IMG/VR virus record: IMGVR_UViG_2690316142_000012
Coordinates: 1 to 4,709 of that record
DNA from: a virus
Taxonomy: Duplodnaviria > Heunggongvirae > Uroviricota > Caudoviricetes
Reading direction: 5' to 3' (one strand)
Length of the DNA: 4,709 bases
Part shown: positions 1 to 4,696 of the stretch, in pieces
Layout of the letters: each line of letters starts with the position of its first letter
How positions within the stretch are numbered: position 1 is the first letter of the stretch
Notes under the pieces: model-generated
What the model was told of the DNA's origin: nothing
The model's input: only the letters and a program-made list of their open reading frames with translations
The model's database searches: none
Position numbers and translations under genes: made by a program

Positions 1-30
1 TCTTAAGTCCAAACGGACAGGAGATTTAAA

Positions 31-324
31 ATGAAATTCACTTCAACCACGAATCATGTTTTCACATTCGAACGAGTAACGCTTTGCACGATTGTTCTTA
101 TTCATAAGGATACGGGACAACAGTATGTTGTCATATTTACGGATAACAATAAAATTCGTGACTATAAGACCGGAATTGTTTCTCAGTTTGGTGAACTTAA
201 GCAGAGTGATATTGATTTAATTCTTTTCTATCGGGACGAATATGAAAAATATTTTGACTCGTTAAATAATGGCGAGGAGTATTTGAGTTTTAAAGAATAT
301 ATCGGATGTATAAGGGGAAAATAA
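31..324 (+). CDS. hypothetical small protein (97 aa), no recognisable domain
   Basis: ATG at 31 preceded by AGGAG at 19..23 (7-nt spacing); uninterrupted 97-codon ORF; AT-rich codon usage typical of horizontally acquired morons; followed by further small ORFs and a terminator at 562..590. Confidence 0.6.
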   Translation: MKFTSTTNHVFTFERVTLCTIVLIHKDTGQQYVVIFTDNNKIRDYKTGIVSQFGELKQSDIDLILFYRDEYEKYFDSLNNGEEYLSFKEYIGCIRGK

Positions 325-327
325 ATT

Positions 328-387
328 ATGAAAGGTGTGTTCAGGTTGCTGGAACAACCTGAACACGTTATCGACAATCAAAACTGA
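328..387 (+). CDS. possible micro-ORF (19 aa, MKGVFRLLEQPEHVIDNQN)
   Basis: ATG at 328 lies 9 nt after AAGGGGA (312..318), 3 nt after the stop of the 97-aa gene; too short for the ORF track; coding status uncertain. Confidence 0.2.
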   Translation: MKGVFRLLEQPEHVIDNQN

Positions 388-400
388 ATGAGGTTTTTAA

Positions 401-538
401 ATGTCAACACGACAGATCGTACAGCTTGCTGACTCCCTTGTCAAAGGCTGGGAAACCAGAATTCCGGCAATGACGTGCACGGAGTGGGATCAATTCCGGT
501 GGTGGTTAAACTACCTGCAAGGGTATGAAATGTTTTAA
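401..538 (+). CDS. possible small protein (45 aa, Trp-rich: MSTRQIVQLADSLVKGWETRIPAMTCTEWDQFRWWLNYLQGYEMF)
   Basis: ATG at 401 preceded by GAGG at 390..393 (about 8-nt spacing); ORF ends at TAA 536..538, 24 nt before an intrinsic terminator hairpin; below the ORF-track size cutoff. Confidence 0.35.
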   Translation: MSTRQIVQLADSLVKGWETRIPAMTCTEWDQFRWWLNYLQGYEMF

Positions 539-561
539 ATAACCGGGATAAATTCATATAT

Positions 562-590
562 GGGGAGAGTGTCATGCTCTCCCTTTCTTA
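562..590 (+). terminator. intrinsic terminator for the plus-strand small-gene operon
   Basis: Stem GGGAGAG (563..569) / CTCTCCC (577..583) with 7-nt loop, followed by TTTCTTATT. Confidence 0.55.
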
Positions 591-608
591 TTGGGTAGCG
601 AGTTGTAT

Positions 609-657
609 TACATATTTAGCTTTACGTTGTAAAGATTTTATTGTCTTTACAGTGTGG
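609..657. repeat. bipartite palindromic element, copy 1 (CTTTAC-GTT-GTAAAG at 620..634, then CTTTACAGTGTGG at 645..657); candidate operator
   Basis: Perfect 6-bp inverted arms with 3-bp spacer; second half-element starts 16 bp after the first element ends; same architecture at copies 2 and 3; shares ATTACATA..AGCTTTAC lead-in with copy 2. Confidence 0.7.
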
Positions 658-735
658 TGCGTTTTCCGGCGGTTGCGCTGCGCTTAGGGGTATGTGGCTT
701 CGATGATCCAGGGTATTTCGACGTAATGCGTTGTA

Positions 736-1179
736 TTACGATGTATACTCTTTAATTGCTTGCAATCTCTTTTCACGTTCGTTGCTTTGTTGGGCCTTTT
801 CCAGTTGGCTGTATATGTACTCTTCATCTTTACCCGTGAGTATTGAGCCGGAGAGCAGACGATTAATAACTATACGTTTAATTTCTGGGTAATCTTTGGT
901 TTTATCGAGTATGGACAATATGTGGTCACTGCTAAGAATTATCCCACTCCATGAGTCTAAATAGCTCTTAAAAATCACAATCATAAACACACCGAAAAGC
1001 ATTATGATGATTGTTACCACATTAATGCTAAACGTTGATATAAAGGTATACGCGGCCACACCAATTATTGCTAAACAGAGACATAAATAAATGAAACCGA
1101 TTTTGTTGCGTTGCTTTTTTTCTGCACGATCATGATCATCTATGATTTCCAGTATCTTTTCTGGGATTAGTTGAGTCAT
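736..1179 (-). CDS. small membrane protein (147 aa), two predicted transmembrane helices, ~77-aa soluble C-terminal domain; function unknown
   Basis: ATG at 1177..1179 (minus) preceded by AAGGAA with ~5-nt spacing; two hydrophobic stretches (IGFIYLCLCLAIIGVAAYTFI and VVTIIIMLFGVFMIVIF) separated by a short loop; charged N- and C-termini. Confidence 0.7.
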   Translation of the reverse strand: MTQLIPEKILEIIDDHDRAEKKQRNKIGFIYLCLCLAIIGVAAYTFISTFSINVVTIIIMLFGVFMIVIFKSYLDSWSGIILSSDHILSILDKTKDYPEIKRIVINRLLSGSILTGKDEEYIYSQLEKAQQSNEREKRLQAIKEYTS

Positions 1180-1211
1180 TTTCTTTCCTTATTTGGGACA
1201 CGGAGTGTTTA

Positions 1212-1260
1212 ATTACATAGCTTTACATTGTAAATCTATGTTTGTCTTTACGATGTAAAT
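1212..1260. repeat. bipartite palindromic element, copy 2 (CTTTAC-ATT-GTAAAT at 1221..1235, CTTTAC-GAT-GTAAAT at 1246..1260); candidate operator over the membrane-gene promoter/leader
   Basis: Same 16-bp spacing between elements as copies 1 and 3; sits between the membrane-protein start codon (1179) and a candidate minus-strand promoter. Confidence 0.7.
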
Positions 1261-1287
1261 GATGAGATGTGCAGTTAAAAGTGTCAA
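1259..1287 (-). promoter_or_regulatory. candidate sigma70 promoter for the membrane-protein gene
   Basis: On the minus strand: perfect -35 TTGACA (plus 1282..1287), 17-bp spacer, -10 CATCAT (plus 1259..1264); the transcript would start inside repeat copy 2. Confidence 0.3.
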
Positions 1288-1359
1288 TCAGATATCATAT
1301 AGTAAAATACTATATTATTTTCTATGTATCACATACACAGCGATAAAACTGGATAAATG

Positions 1360-1397
1360 ACTTACACTGTAAAGATTGAGCTGTCTTTACAGTGTGG
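1360..1397. repeat. bipartite palindromic element, copy 3 (ACTTAC-ACT-GTAAAG at 1360..1374, CTTTACAGTGTGG at 1385..1397); upstream of the hicA promoter
   Basis: Second half identical to that of copy 1 (CTTTACAGTGTGG); same 16-bp spacing. Confidence 0.65.
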
Positions 1398-1423
1398 TTC
1401 ATAAGGCATACGAATGAAATAAT

Positions 1424-1452
1424 TTGCCTTTGTGTGTATGCGTGTGTATAAT
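1424..1452 (+). promoter_or_regulatory. candidate sigma70 promoter of hicAB
   Basis: -35 TTGCCT (1424..1429), 17-bp spacer, consensus -10 TATAAT (1447..1452), about 24 nt upstream of the hicA ATG; spacer is an alternating purine-pyrimidine tract (TGTGTGTATGCGTGTG). Confidence 0.5.
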
Positions 1453-1475
1453 TATCCTCAGGTTAGGGAGGACAT

Positions 1476-1658
1476 ATGAAATCTGCTGACCTGTTGAAAG
1501 AACTGATAGCTGCTGGTTGCGAGTTGAAACGGCATAAGGCAAGCAGTCACCAGATATGGTGGTCGCCAATAACAGGAAAAACTTTTCCTGTTCCTCATCC
1601 TAAAAAGGACTTGCCGCTAGGTACTGTCAGATCGATCAAAAAAATGGCGGGGATTTAA
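1476..1658 (+). CDS. hicA: HicA-family type II toxin (mRNA interferase), 60 aa
   Basis: GGGAGG RBS 4 nt upstream of ATG; protein has HicA hallmarks: small size, a His-containing segment (SSHQIW) and the characteristic C-terminal PHPKKDLPLGTVRSIKKMAG motif; immediately followed by a HicB-like gene. Confidence 0.9.
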   Translation: MKSADLLKELIAAGCELKRHKASSHQIWWSPITGKTFPVPHPKKDLPLGTVRSIKKMAGI

Positions 1659-1666
1659 TCCCCGCC
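1646..1666 (+). other. perfect 9-bp stem hairpin spanning the hicA stop codon (GGCGGGGAT-tta-ATCCCCGCC)
   Basis: Inverted repeat read directly; hicA TAA stop (1656..1658) sits in the loop; no T-run follows, so not a simple terminator; 7 nt upstream of the hicB RBS. Confidence 0.5.
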
Positions 1667-1682
1667 GACTTTGGAGGTAGCC

Positions 1683-2120
1683 ATGTTCTTTTCTGTTGGT
1701 GTCGAAACACCGAAAGATGATCATACAGCATACGGTATCACCGTTCCGGTTTTTGATTGCTTTGATTTTGGATGTGTTTCTGCTGCTGATTCTCAGGCAG
1801 AAATACCCGCAATGGCGCGTGAAGCGATATTGGCAATCGTGGAAGAGATGGTAATAAGCGGTGCTCATTCTGTTGATGATATTCATGATGAAGGGTGTTT
1901 GACTTATTCCGCCAACCCAAATTATAACCACTGTGATAGCTGGTTTGTAATTGATGTTGATTTGTCAGAAATTGAGGGCAAACAACAACGTATTAATATT
2001 TCATTGCCTGATGTATTGATTCGTCGTATTGATGGATATGTGAGAGAAAGTGGTGGCGTATACAAAGATCGTAGCCATTTTCTGGCTCAGGCGGCACGTC
2101 ATGAACTTGCATATAAATAA
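1683..2120 (+). CDS. hicB: HicB-family type II antitoxin (145 aa) with C-terminal ribbon-helix-helix DNA-binding domain
   Basis: ATG at 1683 with GGAGG (1673..1677) 5 nt upstream (ORF track extends to a TTG at 1671); N-terminal HicB-like region and C-terminal RINISLPDVLIRRIDGYV...RSHFLAQAARHEL typical of RHH (CopG-like) domains; directly downstream of hicA. Confidence 0.85.
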   Translation: MFFSVGVETPKDDHTAYGITVPVFDCFDFGCVSAADSQAEIPAMAREAILAIVEEMVISGAHSVDDIHDEGCLTYSANPNYNHCDSWFVIDVDLSEIEGKQQRINISLPDVLIRRIDGYVRESGGVYKDRSHFLAQAARHELAYK

Positions 2121-2124
2121 AACT

Positions 2125-2152
2125 ATCCCCGCGTTGTGCGGGGATTTTTTTT
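2125..2152 (+). terminator. strong intrinsic terminator after hicB, probably bidirectional
   Basis: Perfect 8-bp GC-rich stem ATCCCCGC (2125..2132) / GCGGGGAT (2138..2145), 5-nt loop, then T8 (2145..2152); on the minus strand the same hairpin is followed by AGTTTTATTTAT, so it may also end the convergent minus-strand operon. Confidence 0.8.
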
Positions 2153-2159
2153 GATAGCT

Positions 2160-2221
2160 AACCGCTCGCCGCAGTCCAGCGACCGAGCATAGCGAGCGAG
2201 TGACGAGGAAGCGGAAGATCC
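2160..2221. other. segment resembling ColE1/pMB1-type plasmid backbone sequence (origin-proximal region of pBR322/pUC)
   Basis: From memory of the pUC/pBR322 sequence (ACCGCTCGCCGCAGCCGAACGACCGAGCGCAGCGAGTCAGTGAGCGAGGAAGCGGAAGA): the window has ACCGCTCGCCGCAG..CGACCGAGC..AGCGAG..CGAGGAAGCGGAAGA in the same order; roughly 80-85 percent identity by eye, not computed. Confidence 0.45.
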
Positions 2222-2250
2222 ACCGTTGCCAGGAGAAAAGCAGGTACGCA

Positions 2251-2571
2251 CTATGCGTTCTGCCCTAGTGATGCTTTCACAAACCACGCAGCCTGAACTA
2301 TTACGCCATGAATCCAGCGCAAATCGGCATCACGATTTTCTTTTTTCATTTTTTCGCCACTTAAAGCCTTGCTTACGTGACTTTTTACCAGATTTTCGTG
2401 TAATTCTTTTGCTTCTTCAATTGTGAAACCACCAGGCAAATTTGGCGCTTCTGCTTCCAGCGATGCCAGTGCGATTTCATAAGCCCGACGCTCAATATTG
2501 TCTCGGACGTCCAGGCTGCCTATACGCTCTCTGATTTCTTTAATCAGTTCTTTGTCGGTTAAAGTGGTCAT
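2251..2571 (-). CDS. hypothetical prophage early-region protein (106 aa); N-terminal module shared with the 136-aa protein
   Basis: ATG overlaps the stop of the upstream 171-aa gene (ATGA); AAGGAA RBS 7 nt upstream; shares the motif IALASLEAEA and a 19-nt nucleotide identity with gene 3385..3795. Confidence 0.7.
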   Translation of the reverse strand: MTTLTDKELIKEIRERIGSLDVRDNIERRAYEIALASLEAEAPNLPGGFTIEEAKELHENLVKSHVSKALSGEKMKKENRDADLRWIHGVIVQAAWFVKASLGQNA

Positions 2572-3083
2572 GCTGCGTTTCCTTCTTTCTTATTAACAAT
2601 TACACCGTCATATATTTCATTAAGGTGTCCTCTTAGCTCCATGCGCCTTAATGCAGATAACATGTAATCGCATTCAACCTGCTTATTCCCAGTAAATGGC
2701 TTATCGTCAGGATTACCCCAACAGCAATTACCCCTGGGCCATCCATGTACTTTCCGTACTCTTCCGTTAACAACGTGAAGTAATCCCCAGCCGGGAGGTA
2801 AATCCTCAACTGAAATAATTTCCGGCTCACTAATAAAGAATCGCCAGTCGCCCATGCCAAGTGAGGGATTTTTACGGAAACGCTTTTTTCTATCTGCCAA
2901 CAAGTCAGCACGAGAACACTTCGCCTCTATCAGGCATGATGCTGAATTTCTGAATCCCATAGCATCTGGCTGTTCTCCGGTACTGGTTACAGCAACAAAG
3001 CGGTCATGAAAGCAAACCTTGAACCCGTTGCGCTTAAGGAACTTGTACGCAATCTGACAGAGTTCGTGGTGTGTTAACGCCAT
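2568..3083 (-). CDS. PD-(D/E)xK nuclease-like protein (171 aa), possibly MmcB-like; tentative
   Basis: Start at ATG 3081..3083 (MALTHHELCQ) preceded by GGGAAAGGAAAGTGAT; motif order E...PD(AMGF)...(L)IEAK(CS) matches the PD-(D/E)xK nuclease core; the ORF-track N-terminal extension (MGKESD) is probably not translated. Confidence 0.7.
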   Translation of the reverse strand: MALTHHELCQIAYKFLKRNGFKVCFHDRFVAVTSTGEQPDAMGFRNSASCLIEAKCSRADLLADRKKRFRKNPSLGMGDWRFFISEPEIISVEDLPPGWGLLHVVNGRVRKVHGWPRGNCCWGNPDDKPFTGNKQVECDYMLSALRRMELRGHLNEIYDGVIVNKKEGNAA

Positions 3084-3119
3084 ATCACTTTCCTTTCCCA
3101 TGTTGTCATGTGTTAGTCC

Positions 3120-3383
3120 TTATCCTGCTGTGCTTTCAACTGATGAGGGGAATAAAATCTTTTCATCAAATCCGGCATTCATATCATGGACAGCAACACA
3201 CCAATCCATCGACGAACGATTATCAAGAGCCTCCATGATTTCATCCATGCGGCGCAGGTCATACAGGTAAATGCTTTTATCGCCAATGGTGTAAAAACCA
3301 ATTTTTTTCGGTGATGGGCAGCGATCAAGAACGTCCTGTAATTCGTTCAACCATGCCCGTTCTTTTTTTGTTAAAGTTGCCAT
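3120..3383 (-). CDS. hypothetical prophage early-region protein (87 aa)
   Basis: Start at ATG 3381..3383 (MATLTKKERAW) preceded by AAAGGAGAGTGAT; the upstream gene's stop lies 1 nt before this ATG (TGA-T-ATG); the longer ORF in the track is an out-of-frame read-through of the upstream gene's 3' end. Confidence 0.7.
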   Translation of the reverse strand: MATLTKKERAWLNELQDVLDRCPSPKKIGFYTIGDKSIYLYDLRRMDEIMEALDNRSSMDWCVAVHDMNAGFDEKILFPSSVESTAG

Positions 3384-3396
3384 ATCACTCTCCTTT
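3242..3396. repeat. 155-bp exact direct repeat, copy 1 (identical to 4555..4709)
   Basis: Base-by-base identity read from the sequence; covers the RBS and first 47 codons of the 87-aa gene; left boundary is sharp (3241 T versus 4554 A). Confidence 0.95.
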
Positions 3397-3795
3397 CCCA
3401 TGAAGCATAGCGGCGCGGCAGGCGTTCCAGCCTGTAGCGTATGCAGCCGCTTTGCTGCTGCCTTCAACTGGCGCATCCTGCCAATACATTTCATCCGGCA
3501 CTACCGGCGCTGGCAAGGCTGCGTGATAGTAGAGTGGCATAGTTTTGTACAGTGGTTCGCCAGGACTTCCGTCAACCTGATTCCATTCTTCAACCCAGGC
3601 ATCAACAACCGCTTTGCTGGTTGATACATGTTCTTCTGAATCTACATTTTGTCCTGATATACAGAACATAACTGCCTCTGCTTCCAGCGATGCCAGAGCA
3701 ATTCGTGCCAGTTCCATTTGTTCGCCACGAGTAAGTCCGTTATCAAGCGGATTTTTAATGAATAATTTGATACGTTCTTTGGTTATAGCGTTCAT
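3385..3795 (-). CDS. hypothetical prophage early-region protein (136 aa); N-terminal module shared with the 106-aa protein
   Basis: Start at ATG 3793..3795 (MNAITKERIK) preceded by AAGGAGAGTGAG; the upstream 203-aa gene's stop lies 1 nt before it (TGA-G-ATG); contains ELARIALASLEAEA. Confidence 0.7.
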   Translation of the reverse strand: MNAITKERIKLFIKNPLDNGLTRGEQMELARIALASLEAEAVMFCISGQNVDSEEHVSTSKAVVDAWVEEWNQVDGSPGEPLYKTMPLYYHAALPAPVVPDEMYWQDAPVEGSSKAAAYATGWNACRAAMLHGKGE

Positions 3796-3796
3796 C

Positions 3797-4408
3797 TCAC
3801 TCTCCTTTGATGCGAATGCCAGTAGCGCGGATTGCATCGATGACTTCAGAAACTTTGTATGCCATTACCGTTTGGTAATCATCGTGAAAATCTGTTCGAT
3901 GAAGCATGCTGCTACGTTCCGGGAGCGATATTTCCCGAGCATCCAGTTCCTTAACGCGCTCCTCCAGTTCGTAGACCCTGCATTGTTCTCTATCATCAAT
4001 CAGATATAACCCAAGACATTCGCTTTCTACCCAACCGCCAAAATCATGATCGTAACGCTCACATGAAAACTCACCGTCACCGTCCTTTGTTGGAATGGTG
4101 TAACTATCTAATGGGCCACCATATGTCGGCACATTTCCCAATGTTGGATGCTCAATCCACATGAAAAATGCACGTCCGGTTATTGGGCAAATATCTGGCC
4201 GCCATTGGTTACGAACAGCCTTGGTTTCGGATAATTCTTCAGCGTGTTGTTTTACTTCCTCAAGCTCGTATCGCTTCAGGTTTGCGATATTTGATAAATT
4301 CAGCGCCAGTACAGCCAGGTCATAAACCTCTTCGGCAGTGACATCGCTGTTCAGTCCCATTTCATGGCGATATATGATTTTTTCTACTCGTTGTTTTGTG
4401 ATCGTCAT
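3797..4408 (-). CDS. hypothetical prophage early-region protein (203 aa); possibly ead/Ea22-like, unverified
   Basis: Longest ORF in the operon; preferred start ATG at 4406..4408 (MTITKQRVEK) with GGAG 11 nt upstream; ORF track extends to a TTG at 4432; ends KGE-stop within the RBS of the next gene. Confidence 0.65.
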   Translation of the reverse strand: MTITKQRVEKIIYRHEMGLNSDVTAEEVYDLAVLALNLSNIANLKRYELEEVKQHAEELSETKAVRNQWRPDICPITGRAFFMWIEHPTLGNVPTYGGPLDSYTIPTKDGDGEFSCERYDHDFGGWVESECLGLYLIDDREQCRVYELEERVKELDAREISLPERSSMLHRTDFHDDYQTVMAYKVSEVIDAIRATGIRIKGE

Positions 4409-4516
4409 TTTTCTCTTCACTCCGATATACAAGGATTACCACACCCCCTCTGCTGATTGCGCGAGCTGGATCCCCTGGTTCCATGCCGTCAATTCCGAAG
4501 GCTTCGGAAAACGCAT

Positions 4517-4696
4517 TCATTGCCTTCTGGCGTTCATCCTGCTTACGGCGTTTACATCCATGCGGCGCAGGTCATACAGGTAAATGCTTTTATCGCCAAT
4601 GGTGTAAAAACCAATTTTTTTCGGTGATGGGCAGCGATCAAGAACGTCCTGTAATTCGTTCAACCATGCCCGTTCTTTTTTTGTTAAAGTTGCCAT
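4517..4696 (-). pseudogene. truncated chimeric duplicate of the 87-aa gene (first 47 codons identical, then 12 unrelated codons and a stop; 59 aa)
   Basis: Lies in copy 2 of the 155-bp repeat; translation from ATG 4694..4696 gives MATLTKKERAWLNELQDVLDRCPSPKKIGFYTIGDKSIYLYDLRRMD then VNAVSRMNARRQ-stop; the preceding 4698..4709 encodes a KGE-stop gene end as at 3385 and 3797. Confidence 0.4.

Noticed and set aside
720-740. Hairpin CGTAAT-gcgttgt-ATTACG at the 3' end of the membrane-protein gene as its terminator
   Set aside because: The stem is short and AT-rich with no following T-run on the minus strand; the terminator for this gene remains unidentified.
609-1397. Reading the palindromic repeats as a CRISPR array, TyrR boxes, LexA or CRP sites, or integrase arm sites
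   Set aside because: There are only three irregularly spaced copies with genes between them (not CRISPR); TyrR boxes need TGTAAA-N6-TTTACA, which the spacing here does not match; no CTGT-N8-ACAG or TGTGA-N6-TCACA is present; no integrase or core site is visible in the window.
1617-1931. Minus-strand ORFs of 104 aa (1617..1931) and 60 aa (1738..1920) overlapping hicB
   Set aside because: They run antisense to a well-supported hicB ORF with RBS and terminator, have no RBS of their own, and their low-complexity translations look like frame artefacts.
2226-2426. Plus-strand 66-aa ORF antisense to the 106-aa gene
   Set aside because: The minus-strand gene has an ATGA overlap with the upstream gene, an RBS and a paralogous module; the plus ORF has none of these.
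2648-2911. Minus-strand 87-aa ORF inside the 171-aa gene in another frame
   Set aside because: It is fully nested out of frame within a better-supported ORF and has no RBS.
3384-3494. N-terminal extensions given by the ORF track (3120..3494, 3385..3837, 2568..3101, hicB from TTG 1671, 203-aa gene from TTG 4432)
   Set aside because: In each case an internal ATG with a well-placed Shine-Dalgarno and TGA-n-ATG coupling gives a more convincing start; the extensions are read-through of the upstream gene's 3' end in another frame.
3400-4009. Plus-strand ORFs 3400..3624 (74 aa) and 3614..4009 (131 aa)
   Set aside because: Both are antisense to the tightly coupled minus-strand operon and lack start-site signals.
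4493-4509. Palindrome TTCCGAAG-G-CTTCGGAA as a terminator
   Set aside because: No U-run follows on either strand and the loop would be very small; it is more likely incidental or a protein-binding site.
4338-4583. Plus-strand 81-aa ORF spanning the start of the 203-aa gene and the truncated gene copy
   Set aside because: It overlaps two minus-strand features antisense, has no RBS, and its translation is hydrophobic and low-complexity.
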